Positions 28,249-37,697 are shown, numbered from the stretch's first letter. The stretch: 64,000 bases of DNA from a virus (IMGVR_UViG_3300042914_002678); one strand, 5' to 3'. Notes: generated from the sequence alone by a model not told the origin. Translations and numbers: made by a program.

Positions 28249-29091
28249 ATGATTGGTATGAACATATTGGGTCAAAATGGAAGACTTGGAAATCAAATGT
28301 TCCAATATTCTGCTTTGGTTGGAATATCAAAAAATATGGGATATGATTACTGTATTCCAAATCATTCAAATGCTATTAATTTTGGATCTGCTCTTTCTAC
28401 TCATCATCAATTACATCATTGTTTTGAAATGATTCATCATAACAATAGATTTGGGTATATTGATGGTGATGAAGTTGAATTGCATCAATATGAATTTTGT
28501 GAAGAACTTTTTAATGAATGTCCAGATAATGTAACACTTAAAGGATATTTTGAAACTGAAAAATATTTTCAAAATGCAGAAAAAGAAATTAGAAAAGATT
28601 TTACTTTTAAAACAACAATTATAGATGAAGTTAACGATATTTTTTCAGAGCATTTAAAAAAAGATCCTGTTTCTATCGTTGTTCGTAGATTTTCTGATAG
28701 TTATGACTATTATGGTGTAGAAAATAATCATTATAATTTACCTTTAGCATATTATGAAAAATCTATTAGTATGCTGGGAAAAGATAGAACTTATATAATT
28801 TGTTCTAATGATGTAGAATGGTGTAAAGAACAAACCATTTTTAAGAGAGATAATTTTATTATAAATGATTTTGATTCTAAAAATATTATGAAAGGGCATT
28901 TTGATCTTTGTTTAATATCAAGTTGTAAAGATCATATAATTGCGAATTCTTCTTTTAGTTGGTGGGGTGCTTGGTTAAGTAAAAATAAAAATAAAACTGT
29001 ATTTGCTCCTGAAGTTTGGTTTGGTAAAAATCAATCTTCTCTGAATACCAAAGATCTTATCCCTAATAATTGGAATAAAATAACTTTTTAA
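28249..29091 (+). CDS. Glycosyltransferase family 11 (alpha-1,2-fucosyltransferase-like)
   Basis: GRLGNQMFQY, GYFETEKYF, IIANSSFSWWGAWL. Confidence 0.9.
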   Translation: MIGMNILGQNGRLGNQMFQYSALVGISKNMGYDYCIPNHSNAINFGSALSTHHQLHHCFEMIHHNNRFGYIDGDEVELHQYEFCEELFNECPDNVTLKGYFETEKYFQNAEKEIRKDFTFKTTIIDEVNDIFSEHLKKDPVSIVVRRFSDSYDYYGVENNHYNLPLAYYEKSISMLGKDRTYIICSNDVEWCKEQTIFKRDNFIINDFDSKNIMKGHFDLCLISSCKDHIIANSSFSWWGAWLSKNKNKTVFAPEVWFGKNQSSLNTKDLIPNNWNKITF

Positions 29092-29103
29092 TTTATTAAT
29101 AAA

Positions 29104-29931
29104 ATGAAAAATTTAACTTTTTTGATGCCATGTAGAATAGAGTCTAATGATAGATTAAGGAATATAATCACATCAGTTTCTTATCTTTTATATAATTTTC
29201 CCGAGTCAAAAATAATAGTTTATGAATCTGATAAAAAATCTATATTTTCCGATAAAGTATTGCCATATTTAAAAAAACATTTTTATAATAATATTGACAA
29301 TCTTTCCCATATATTTAATTATGATGAAAATTTATTTTTTCATAAAACAAAAGTTTTAAATGAATTATTAATTAATTCAAAAACTGATATAGTATATAAT
29401 TATGATGTTGATATTGTATTTCCATTATCAAGTTATCATAAATCTTATGATATGATAGTAAATCAAAATTATGATGCTGTTTATACATATGGAGTTGGTG
29501 CATATCAGTTACACGTAAATTATACCGATGATTTGCGTGATAAATTTATAGAATCAAAATTTAATTTAGAAGTTTTAAATCAAAATTCTCATTTGGGAAT
29601 GTCCGTAATGGGATGGGGTCAAATGATTAAAAAACAATCTGAAATAGATTCTTATATGTGGAATGAAAATTTTATATCTTGGGGTCCCGAAGATTGTGAA
29701 TTTTTATATAGAATTCAAGTTATGGGACTTAATGTTGGTAGAATAAATGATTATGGTTATCACTTTGAACATTCTAGAACATTTAATTCGCATTATACTA
29801 ATCCTAAATGGCAAAATAATTATAACTTATGGAATACTATAAGAACATGGGATAAAGAAAGATTGACTAATTATTATGAGCAACAAACCTATGTAAAAAA
29901 GAGAAGGGGTCAATCAAATGCTGGCATTTAA
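29104..29931 (+). CDS. GT2/GT7 galactosyltransferase-like
   Basis: YNYDVD, NENFISWGPEDCE, HFEH. Confidence 0.75.
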   Translation: MKNLTFLMPCRIESNDRLRNIITSVSYLLYNFPESKIIVYESDKKSIFSDKVLPYLKKHFYNNIDNLSHIFNYDENLFFHKTKVLNELLINSKTDIVYNYDVDIVFPLSSYHKSYDMIVNQNYDAVYTYGVGAYQLHVNYTDDLRDKFIESKFNLEVLNQNSHLGMSVMGWGQMIKKQSEIDSYMWNENFISWGPEDCEFLYRIQVMGLNVGRINDYGYHFEHSRTFNSHYTNPKWQNNYNLWNTIRTWDKERLTNYYEQQTYVKKRRGQSNAGI

Positions 29932-30724
29932 TCATCTTGGAAAATTGGGACGTTTGGGAAATCAAATGTTTCAATATGCCTCATTGAGAGGTATTGCTCG
30001 AAATCGTGGATATGATTTTTGTATTCCAAATCATAATCAAGTAGTTAAAGATCCATATGGGTTTGATATGAAGATTGAACTCTTTTATCCATTTAAGATG
30101 GTTAATGTTCGTCCTCATAATATTAAACTTCTTGATCGTGGATATGCACCTGTAGCGGAAGAAAAATATTTTCATTTTGATGAAATACTTTTTAATATGT
30201 GTCCAGATGAGATTTCTCTTGCTGGATTTTTTCAGTCGGAAAAATATTTTAAGAATATTGAAAATGAAATCAGAGAAGACTTTACTTTTAAGAATGAGAT
30301 TTTAGATCCTTGTAAAGAAATGATAAAATCTGTAGGAGATGCAATTAGTTTGCACGTTAGACGAACTGATTATCTCCAAAATCCAAATCATACTCCTTTG
30401 GATTTGTATTATTATACCGAAGCACTTAATCGGATGGATTCTAATTTACCAGTAATTATCTTTACTGATGATGTTGAATGGTGTAAAAAACAAAAAATGT
30501 TTTCAGGAGAGCGTTTTATGATTTCCGAATCCAATGATCATTATGTTGATATGTGTTTGATGAGTTTATGTAAGCATCATATTATTGCTAATAGTTCTTT
30601 TAGTTGGTGGGGAGCATGGTTAGCAGAAAGCAAAAAAGTTGTATCTCCTTCTAAGTGGTTTGGACCTGATAATTCTGATAAAAATTTAAAGGATTTAATT
30701 CCAGAAACGTGGGAAGTTATTTGA
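29918..30724 (+). CDS. Glycosyltransferase family 11 (alpha-1,2-fucosyltransferase-like)
   Basis: GRLGNQMFQY, HVRRTDY, IIANSSFSWWGAWL. Confidence 0.93.
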   Translation: MLAFNHLGKLGRLGNQMFQYASLRGIARNRGYDFCIPNHNQVVKDPYGFDMKIELFYPFKMVNVRPHNIKLLDRGYAPVAEEKYFHFDEILFNMCPDEISLAGFFQSEKYFKNIENEIREDFTFKNEILDPCKEMIKSVGDAISLHVRRTDYLQNPNHTPLDLYYYTEALNRMDSNLPVIIFTDDVEWCKKQKMFSGERFMISESNDHYVDMCLMSLCKHHIIANSSFSWWGAWLAESKKVVSPSKWFGPDNSDKNLKDLIPETWEVI

Positions 30725-30725
30725 C

Positions 30726-31517
30726 ATGGACAAAAACAAATCATTATACAAACTTAAGAATATACCACCAATTTATTATTTGAATTTAGATGGTCAACCA
30801 GAAAGAGCACAATATATGGAAGACCAGTTTAAATACTGGGGGATTGAAAACTATACTCGCATTTCTGCATATGACGGTCGTTCAGACGATTTGAGTGATA
30901 TTATTAAAGGAAAATATCCAGATATGATGAATTCTGGTGAAGTTGGTTGTGTAACGACTCATTTAAAAACTCTCAAACATTTTGTTGAAGAAACTGATTA
31001 TCCTTACATTATAGTAATGGAAGATGATTGTGATTTATCTACTGTGTCTCATTGGGGATTTACTTGGAAAGACTTTTATTCAAAAGTTCCATATGACTAT
31101 GATGTAGTTCAACTTGCTATTATTAACCCTGCACAGGTTCATTTACAGATTCATCGTCGTTTTGTAAATGATTTTTCAACTGCATGTTATATGATCACTA
31201 GGCACCATGCACAAAAACTTGTCAATCTTCACTGTCGTGATGATAAGTATAAATTGGATAATGGTGTTAAACCAAGAGCTGTTGCTGACGATTTAATTTA
31301 TAACTCTGGTAATACTTTTTCTATTCCTTTATTTTTGTATAAAATCGAATTGGGATCTTCAATTCACGATATTCATATTGATGTGTTTCATCGCAGCAGT
31401 TATGAGGGATTGTGGCAATTTTGGAGAAATCAATCTGCAGACATTGAAAATTGGAATTCTTTATTTGAGTATGATCCATACTTTGGAAGACTTCCGCCTG
31501 GATGGGAAGGAAAATAA
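30726..31517 (+). CDS. Glycosyltransferase family 25
   Basis: YYLNLD..PERAQYM, RISAYDG, GEVGCVTTH, VMEDD, STACY. Confidence 0.85.
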   Translation: MDKNKSLYKLKNIPPIYYLNLDGQPERAQYMEDQFKYWGIENYTRISAYDGRSDDLSDIIKGKYPDMMNSGEVGCVTTHLKTLKHFVEETDYPYIIVMEDDCDLSTVSHWGFTWKDFYSKVPYDYDVVQLAIINPAQVHLQIHRRFVNDFSTACYMITRHHAQKLVNLHCRDDKYKLDNGVKPRAVADDLIYNSGNTFSIPLFLYKIELGSSIHDIHIDVFHRSSYEGLWQFWRNQSADIENWNSLFEYDPYFGRLPPGWEGK

Positions 31518-31551
31518 TAAGCATTTATACTCAAGTTATGATATCCGAACA

Positions 31552-31589
31552 AAGAGGGGCTTGACCCCTCTTTATTTTTGCTATATAAT
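31552..31589 (+). terminator. Intrinsic terminator overlapped by sigma70 promoter of hli operon
   Basis: AAGAGGGG-CTTGA-CCCCTCTT + T-rich; TTGACC(31561)-17-TATAAT(31584). Confidence 0.7.
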
Positions 31590-31616
31590 TCTGTAACAGT
31601 TCTTTACAAAACTACA

Positions 31617-31826
31617 ATGACTGTAACTAAAAATGAATTTGGGCAAATGAATATGTTTGCCAAAGAACCTACAATGTGGATGTCTGAGGAAGATATTGAG
31701 CGTTATGGATTCGAACCCTATGCTGAGAAAGCGGAGAAAGCAAATGGACGCTGGGCTATGGTCGGTATTGTTGCTGGGCTCATTTCTTATCTTAGCACTG
31801 GCAAACTCTTCTTCGGCATCTTCTGA
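31617..31826 (+). CDS. hli: High-light-inducible protein
   Basis: AEKANGRWAMVG chlorophyll-binding ExxNGRxAM motif plus TM helix. Confidence 0.92.
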   Translation: MTVTKNEFGQMNMFAKEPTMWMSEEDIERYGFEPYAEKAEKANGRWAMVGIVAGLISYLSTGKLFFGIF

Positions 31827-31839
31827 CAATTGATTGACA

Positions 31840-31926
31840 ATGACGGAACTTTTATTTACACTAACTTCAGTTGCCTTCTTCGTACTGTTGGCAGCATCTG
31901 TAGAAAAACTTTCAGAAACTTATTGA
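31840..31926 (+). CDS. Small TM peptide (28 aa)
   Basis: [28 protein letters not shown]; fills gap between hli and petF. Confidence 0.5.
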   Translation: MTELLFTLTSVAFFVLLAASVEKLSETY

Positions 31927-31927
31927 A

Positions 31928-32224
31928 ATGACATTTAACATTACTTTTCATTGGCCTAGTGGATCTAAAATTAGTCCCACTATTGAATGCTCTCCAGACC
32001 AATACATTCTTGAAGCAGCAGAAGAAGCAGGACTAGATCTTCCTTTTTCTTGTAAAGCAGGTGCTTGTTCTGCTTGTGCTGGTAAATTAATTAGCGGCAC
32101 TGTGGATAATGAGGATCAATCATTTCTTGATGATGACCAAATCGCTAATGGTTTTATCCTAACTTGTGTAGCATATCCCACCAGCGACTGTGTAATTCTG
32201 ACTGAGCAGGAAGAAAACCTGTGA
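31928..32224 (+). CDS. petF: Plant-type [2Fe-2S] ferredoxin
   Basis: [32 protein letters not shown]. Confidence 0.96.
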   Translation: MTFNITFHWPSGSKISPTIECSPDQYILEAAEEAGLDLPFSCKAGACSACAGKLISGTVDNEDQSFLDDDQIANGFILTCVAYPTSDCVILTEQEENL

Positions 32225-32496
32225 GTGCTGGAATGCTTGGACAACTTGCAGTTGCCCTCCAAGAACTGAACTGGGATTGTGATGATGAAATCTCAGTCGA
32301 AATTGGTGGTGTGGCAGTAACAGGAACTGCTACTCACCCAGATGCAAATCCAAAATGGGCAAAACCATTTGGAACAGTATCTTATCAAAACGATGCTTTT
32401 ATCGTGATTAAAAATAAGTCAAGGAACCCTGTTGTTCCTTCACAACCAAATCCTGAACTTAAACAACATCACTCTTATCAAGGAGAAACAAAATGA
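32221..32496 (+). CDS. Hypothetical protein
   Basis: GTG start overlapping petF stop. Confidence 0.65.
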   Translation: MSAGMLGQLAVALQELNWDCDDEISVEIGGVAVTGTATHPDANPKWAKPFGTVSYQNDAFIVIKNKSRNPVVPSQPNPELKQHHSYQGETK

Positions 32497-32612
32497 AATT
32501 CGGATGGACCCCTGAGGCAGAGATCCTCAACGCTCGTTTGGCAATGCTTGGTTTTGTGATTGCCGTTGGCACTTATCTCACTACTGGGCAAATTATTCCC
32601 GGTGTATTTTGA
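32493..32612 (+). CDS. hli: High-light-inducible protein (39 aa)
   Basis: [39 protein letters not shown]; GGAG RBS; not in track. Confidence 0.9.
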   Translation: MKFGWTPEAEILNARLAMLGFVIAVGTYLTTGQIIPGVF

Positions 32613-33151
32613 TTGAGGTTAAAATACGTAAAGAACAATATCAAATTCCTCAAGTTGAATTTGTATTTCGTGAGTCTGGTGAGTTTGTAACTCGTACATC
32701 TGCAGAACTTTTCGATGGAAAGCGTGTGGTCCTGTTTAGTCTGCCTGGTGCTTTCACTCCTACTTGCAGTGCCTATCAGCTTCCTGGATTCGAAGAGAAA
32801 TACGACGACTTTATTGGTAGTGGCATCGACGATATTTACTGCCTCTCTGTTAATGATGGGTTTGTGATGAATGCCTGGGCACAGGACCAGAACATTGAGA
32901 AAGTCAAACTCATTCCAGACGGCAATGCTTACTTTACACGTTCTATGGGTATGCTCGTCAGCAAGTCTAACCTTGGTTTCGGAGATCGCTCTTGGCGTTA
33001 TGCTATGGTTGTGGATAACGGAATCATCAGTAAACTTTTCCTTGAAGAGGGTATGCGTGACAACGCCGATACGGATCCCTATCAAGCGTCTACTCCAGAA
33101 GTTGTTCTGGACTATCTGAAAACAACTGTGAAGGAAATCACACTAGTCTGA
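32609..33151 (+). CDS. Peroxiredoxin (Prx5/type II)
   Basis: LPGAFTPTCS, SVNDGFVMNAW, DGNAYF, RSWRYAMVVDNG. Confidence 0.93.
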   Translation: MIEVKIRKEQYQIPQVEFVFRESGEFVTRTSAELFDGKRVVLFSLPGAFTPTCSAYQLPGFEEKYDDFIGSGIDDIYCLSVNDGFVMNAWAQDQNIEKVKLIPDGNAYFTRSMGMLVSKSNLGFGDRSWRYAMVVDNGIISKLFLEEGMRDNADTDPYQASTPEVVLDYLKTTVKEITLV

Positions 33152-33210
33152 TACAATAAAATATAATATGAAACTCTGCTTCTAAATAAGGGGCAGAGTT
33201 TTTTTAGTAT

Positions 33211-33375
33211 ATGTCCAAAGGATATTTGAGTAAGGAAATTATAAAGTGTGAGGTTCTTAAAATAAAAAGAGACTTGGATAAAGAGTGGATGAATAAATCT
33301 GGTTATGATCCAAAGCATCTTGCTCACCAGTATCTCAACAAAGTCTTGGATAAGATTGAAGAGTACAGGGCTTGA
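33211..33375 (+). CDS. Small hypothetical protein (54 aa)
   Basis: MSKGYLSKEIIKCEVLKIK...; after terminator 33171-33205; not in track. Confidence 0.55.
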   Translation: MSKGYLSKEIIKCEVLKIKRDLDKEWMNKSGYDPKHLAHQYLNKVLDKIEEYRA

Positions 33376-33400
33376 CAGGAAAATCGGGTAGTGCTATGAT
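33372..33400 (+). promoter_or_regulatory. psbA sigma70 promoter
   Basis: TTGACA(33372)-17-TATGAT(33395). Confidence 0.7.
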
Positions 33401-33461
33401 AAATAGGTAAACAAATGTTACGAATCTCTAACAATTCGTAACAATGTTAAGCACCCGTTAA

Positions 33462-33556
33462 CCGAGACCTATGGGTGTATAAATTACGTCTCTCATACCC
33501 AGTCTGAGGGTGACTGGGGAATAGTAACTCCACCATTTCCCTGATGGTCTTACTAC
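33462..33556 (+). ncRNA. PhotoRC-II RNA motif (psbA leader)
   Basis: GAGAC/GTCTC, CCCAGTC/GACTGGG, ACCAT/ATGGT stems directly upstream of phage psbA. Confidence 0.75.
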
Positions 33557-33569
33557 TCTTTTAAAACAA

Positions 33570-34580
33570 ATGACTGCTTCAATCGCTTCACGCCGTTCTG
33601 GCGAAAACCTCTGGGAACAATTTTGCCAGTGGGTAACTTCAACTGATAATCGTCTTTATGTCGGCTGGTTCGGAGTCCTCATGATTCCTTGCCTTCTTGC
33701 TGCTACGACTTGTTTCATCATCGCATTCATCGGTGCTCCCCCTGTGGACATTGATGGTATCCGTGAACCCGTTGCTGGTTCACTCATGTACGGAAACAAC
33801 ATCATCTCTGGTGCTGTGATTCCTTCGTCCAACGCAATTGGACTGCACTTTTATCCAATCTGGGAAGCTGCTTCCCTAGATGAGTGGCTGTACAACGGTG
33901 GTCCTTTCCAACTGGTTGTCTTCCACTTCCTGATTGGTATCTACGCTTATATGGGTCGTGAGTGGGAACTTTCTTACCGTCTAGGTATGCGTCCTTGGAT
34001 CTGCGTTGCATATTCTGCACCTGTTGCTGCTGCTTCTGCCGTATTCCTGGTCTATCCTTTCGGTCAAGGTTCTTTCTCTGACGCTATGCCTCTTGGCATC
34101 TCTGGTACTTTCAACTACATGCTTGTGTTCCAGGCAGAGCACAACATCCTGATGCACCCCTTCCACATGCTTGGTGTGGCTGGTGTGTTCGGCGGCAGCC
34201 TGTTCTCCGCCATGCACGGCTCGCTAGTGACCTCCTCCCTGGTGCGTGAAACCACCGAGAGCGAGTCCCAGAACTACGGCTACAAGTTCGGTCAAGAAGA
34301 AGAGACTTATAACATCGTTGCTGCTCATGGTTATTTCGGACGCCTTATTTTCCAATATGCCTCGTTCAACAACTCTCGTTCACTTCACTTCTTCCTTGCT
34401 GCTTGGCCTGTAGTTGGTATCTGGTTCACTGCTCTTGGTGTTAGCACCATGGCATTCAACCTCAACGGTTTCAACTTCAACCAGTCCATTATCGACTCAC
34501 AAGGTCGTGTGCTCAACACTTGGGCTGATGTTCTGAACCGTGCTGGACTCGGATTAGAGGTGATGCACGAACGCAACGCT
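33570..34580 (+). CDS. psbA: Photosystem II D1, exon 1 (337 codons)
   Basis: Full D1 sequence up to ...VMHERNA; track ORF reads on into the intron. Confidence 0.97.
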
Positions 34581-34789
34581 CGATTTGTGGGCGCCCTTGC
34601 CTGAAAAGACAAGGTAAACTTCGGATGAATTGCTGGAAACCCTAACGGGCAATCAGCAGCCAAGCCCTAGACGCTTCTAGGGAAGGTTCAGAGACTAGGT
34701 GGTTTCCCAAGCGTGGGATGTAATACACCAATAGCGTCCGACACCTAACCTCATAAAGAGTATGGTGAAGATATAGTCCAAACTGGAAG
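34581..34789 (+). mobile_element. Group I intron in psbA (209 nt, no internal ORF)
   Basis: 5' exon ends in T (AACGCT), intron ends in G; IGS GGCG pairs exon CGCT; P AATTGCTGGAAA, Q AATCAGCAGCC, R TCAGAGACTA, S AAGATATAGTCC; splicing restores HERNA|HNFPLDLA. Confidence 0.93.
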
Positions 34790-34861
34790 CACAACTTCCC
34801 ACTTGACCTTGCAGCAGCAGAAGCAACCCCAGTTGCTCTTACTGCTCCCGCAATCGGTTAA
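34790..34861 (+). CDS. psbA: Photosystem II D1, exon 2
   Basis: HNFPLDLAAAEATPVALTAPAIG-stop. Confidence 0.95.
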   Translation, partial: HNFPLDLAAAEATPVALTAPAIG

Positions 34862-34868
34862 TAAAATT

Positions 34869-34894
34869 AGAGACCCTCACGGGTCTCTTTTTTT
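34869..34894 (+). terminator. Intrinsic terminator after psbA
   Basis: AGAGACCC-TCAC-GGGTCTCT + T run. Confidence 0.85.
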
Positions 34895-34939
34895 ATGCTA
34901 TAATGTATAAATAATGTAGTAGAGACAGCAGCAGTAAGA

Positions 34940-35515
34940 ATGAAACATAAACATCATATTGTTCCAAGACATATGGGTGGAACTGACGACCCATCAAATC
35001 TTATTGAACTGACTGTGGAAGAACACGCAGAGGCACACAGAAAGTTATGGGAGCAATATGGTAATATCAAAGATTATTGTGCTTGGAAAGGTTTAGAAGG
35101 AACCATTGGTAAAGAAGAAATCGTAAGGTTGCTGATGGACCCAACTGGAAGAGTTCATACAGAAGAAACCAAACAAAAAATTAGTCAATCACATAAAGGT
35201 AAATTGAAGCATACAGAAGAGAGTAAAGAAAAGTTGAGACAGTTTAGAACTGGTATGAAGTTGAGTGAAGAGCATAAGGCAAAAATATCAAAGAGTTTAG
35301 AAGGTAATACTTATATGGTTGGTAAAAAATTGAGTGATGAGACGAAGAAGAAAATAAGTGAGGCAGGTAAAGGTAATAAGAGAGCATCTGGTCCGCATAA
35401 TATTAGCGAAGAGGCAAAAAGAAATAGAAGTGAAGCAACAAAGGAAAGATGGAGACAATATAGAATATCAAAAGGACTTGACCCAGATAAAACTATTGAT
35501 GCACGATATAGATGA
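34940..35515 (+). CDS. Free-standing HNH homing endonuclease with NUMOD3 repeats
   Basis: HKHHIVPRHMGGTDDPSNLIELTVEEHAEAH; repeats HTEETKQKIS, HTEESKEKLR, LSEEHKAKIS, LSDETKKKIS; TATAAATA at 34906. Confidence 0.9.
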   Translation: MKHKHHIVPRHMGGTDDPSNLIELTVEEHAEAHRKLWEQYGNIKDYCAWKGLEGTIGKEEIVRLLMDPTGRVHTEETKQKISQSHKGKLKHTEESKEKLRQFRTGMKLSEEHKAKISKSLEGNTYMVGKKLSDETKKKISEAGKGNKRASGPHNISEEAKRNRSEATKERWRQYRISKGLDPDKTIDARYR

Positions 35516-35528
35516 GTAGAAATTCCTA

Positions 35529-35557
35529 TTGACCTATTTTGTAAAGTATTGTAAACT
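35529..35557 (+). promoter_or_regulatory. psbD promoter with embedded HLR1 (RpaB) site
   Basis: TTGACC(35529)-17-TAAACT(35552); reverse strand of 35538-35555 reads TTTACAAT-AC-TTTACAAA. Confidence 0.65.
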
Positions 35558-35583
35558 AAATATGAGAAACGATAATGGAGGTT

Positions 35584-36645
35584 ATGACTTCTTCTACTCT
35601 TTCACTGCCGAACCAACAAAAAGGTTGGTTTGATTTACTTGATGATTGGTTGAAGCGTGATAGGTTTGTGTTCGTTGGATGGAGTGGTTTATTGCTCTTT
35701 CCTTGTGCCTATCTTGCTCTTGGTGGATGGTTAACTGGAACGACATTTGTTACAAGTTGGTATACACACGGTATTGCTTCCAGTTATTTGGAAGGTTGCA
35801 ATTTTTTAACGTCTGCGGTAAGCACCCCAGCAGACGCTATGGGTCATTCTCTTCTTCTTCTCTGGGGTCCTGAAGCTCAGGGGGATATCGTCAGGTGGTT
35901 CCAACTTGGGGGACTCTGGCCTTTTGTGGCACTCCACGGGGCTTTCGCTCTAATCGGATTCATGCTTCGTCAGTTTGAGATTGCTCGTTTGGTAGGTATC
36001 CGTCCTTACAACGCAATCGCATTCTCTGGTCCTATTGCCGTATTTGTTTCAGTATTTCTAATGTATCCACTGGGTCAATCCAGCTGGTTCTTTGCTCCCT
36101 CCTTTGGTGTCGCAGCAATCTTCAGGTTCCTTCTGTTTCTTCAGGGTTTCCATAACTGGACTCTCAACCCCTTCCATATGATGGGAGTTGCTGGTATACT
36201 GGGAGGAGCACTACTCTGTGCGATTCACGGAGCAACTGTAGAAAACACACTTTATGAAGACAGTGATCAATCAAACACTTTCAAAGCATTTGAACCTACA
36301 CAGGAAGAAGAAACGTATTCAATGGTTACTGCAAACCGATTCTGGTCACAGATATTTGGTATTGCTTTTAGTAACAAGCGTTGGTTGCATTTCTTCATGC
36401 TATTTGTTCCTGTCATGGGTCTTTGGACTTCCAGCATTGGTATCATTGGTCTTGCCCTTAATCTACGTGCTTACGATTTTGTAAGTCAGGAGATTCGTGC
36501 TGCTGAAGACCCGGAATTTGAGACATTTTACACAAAAAATATACTTCTTAATGAGGGGTTAAGAGCGTGGATGGCACCTGTTGATCAGCCAGGGGAACGA
36601 TTTGTCTTTCCCGAGGAAGTTCTACCGAGAGGCAACGCACTCTAA
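35584..36645 (+). CDS. psbD: Photosystem II D2
   Basis: [21 protein letters not shown]...[10 protein letters not shown]; GGAGG RBS before ATG 35584. Confidence 0.98.
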   Translation: MTSSTLSLPNQQKGWFDLLDDWLKRDRFVFVGWSGLLLFPCAYLALGGWLTGTTFVTSWYTHGIASSYLEGCNFLTSAVSTPADAMGHSLLLLWGPEAQGDIVRWFQLGGLWPFVALHGAFALIGFMLRQFEIARLVGIRPYNAIAFSGPIAVFVSVFLMYPLGQSSWFFAPSFGVAAIFRFLLFLQGFHNWTLNPFHMMGVAGILGGALLCAIHGATVENTLYEDSDQSNTFKAFEPTQEEETYSMVTANRFWSQIFGIAFSNKRWLHFFMLFVPVMGLWTSSIGIIGLALNLRAYDFVSQEIRAAEDPEFETFYTKNILLNEGLRAWMAPVDQPGERFVFPEEVLPRGNAL

Positions 36646-36653
36646 AATAAATA

Positions 36654-36681
36654 AGGGAGTTCTACAAGAACTCCTTTTTTT
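36654..36681 (+). terminator. Intrinsic terminator after psbD
   Basis: GGAGTTCT-ACA-AGAACTCC + T run. Confidence 0.8.
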
Positions 36682-36787
36682 ATGTCATTTCTTTTAATTC
36701 TTTTTCTATTTCAACTCTTTGGTATCATTATGTTTATATTGTCCATTACACAAGATCTCTAATACATAAAACAGTTATTTCTTACTA

Positions 36788-36949
36788 ATGAAAAACCTAG
36801 AACTTTCAGAAGAACAAATTAAACTTCTTGCAGATGCATTATGGATGAGACAAAGATGTTTCGTCGCAGGAGATAGAAGATTTAAAGAATATGGATCAAT
36901 GTTAGATACACTTCTAGAAGGAATGGAATATACTCCCAAAAGATTTTGA
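36788..36949 (+). CDS. Small hypothetical protein (53 aa)
   Basis: MKNLELSEEQIKLLADALWMRQRCF...; not in track. Confidence 0.55.
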   Translation: MKNLELSEEQIKLLADALWMRQRCFVAGDRRFKEYGSMLDTLLEGMEYTPKRF

Positions 36950-36951
36950 TT

Positions 36952-37656
36952 ATGACTTACGATACAGTTTTCATTTCTGATATACATTTAGGAACACCTA
37001 GATGTAATAGTGAAAAGTTTCTGAAGTTTCTGAAAGAACTCAAAACTAAAAAGTTAGTGATGGTAGGTGATATTATAGACATCTACTGTATGGAAAAATA
37101 TAATACTCGTTGGGCAAAAGAACATACAGAATGCGTTCATCAGATTCTAAACCTTGCAAAGAAGGGGACAGAAATCGTTTATATACTTGGAAATCATGAA
37201 GGACAGATTCGTCGTTACACGAACTTTGAGCACGAGAACTTTCAAATGGTAGATGAGTATACACATAAAGACTCAAAGGGAAATAAGTTTCTTTGTATTC
37301 ACGGAGATAAGTATTCTGAGTATTCTTCTGGGTCTTGGAAACAACTCATTTTCAACAAAGGATATGAGATTATTACACCCCTGAGTTTGTGGTTGGAAAG
37401 ATTCTTCCGATTCTCTTTGGTGTATTTCTTAAAGAATAGTGTGCGTGGTAAGAATTATATCAATCAGTATGAGACTGATATTGCTTCTTATTGTGCTCAA
37501 AGAGATAAGAAGTATGATGGTGTAATATGTGGTCATATTCATTCGGCAAATATACGGTATTTTAATAAAATTCTGTATATGTGCTGTGGAGATTTTGTGG
37601 ATACTTGCTCTGCGATTGTGGAGAAAAATGGAATGTATGCATTGGAAAAATACTGA
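36952..37656 (+). CDS. LpxH-like calcineurin-family metallophosphoesterase
   Basis: FISDIHLG, VGDIID, LGNHE, IHGD, ICGHIH, CGDFV. Confidence 0.85.
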   Translation: MTYDTVFISDIHLGTPRCNSEKFLKFLKELKTKKLVMVGDIIDIYCMEKYNTRWAKEHTECVHQILNLAKKGTEIVYILGNHEGQIRRYTNFEHENFQMVDEYTHKDSKGNKFLCIHGDKYSEYSSGSWKQLIFNKGYEIITPLSLWLERFFRFSLVYFLKNSVRGKNYINQYETDIASYCAQRDKKYDGVICGHIHSANIRYFNKILYMCCGDFVDTCSAIVEKNGMYALEKY

Positions 37657-37697
37657 CCAAGATCTATGAAATAAATATTCATAAGTTGCAAGTACTT

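Noticed and set aside
31591-31616. HLR1/NtcA-like half sites upstream of hli
   Set aside because: Only one good half site and GTA-N9-TAC spacing
33407-33446. NtcA/HLR1-like motifs near the psbA promoter (GTA-N9-TAC; GTTACGAAT..ATTCGTAAC inverted repeat)
   Set aside because: Spacing fits neither consensus; factor cannot be assigned
34581-34604. Apparent psbA C-terminus RFVGALA-stop (truncated pseudogene)
   Set aside because: Read-through into a group I intron; exon 2 at 34790 restores the normal C-terminus
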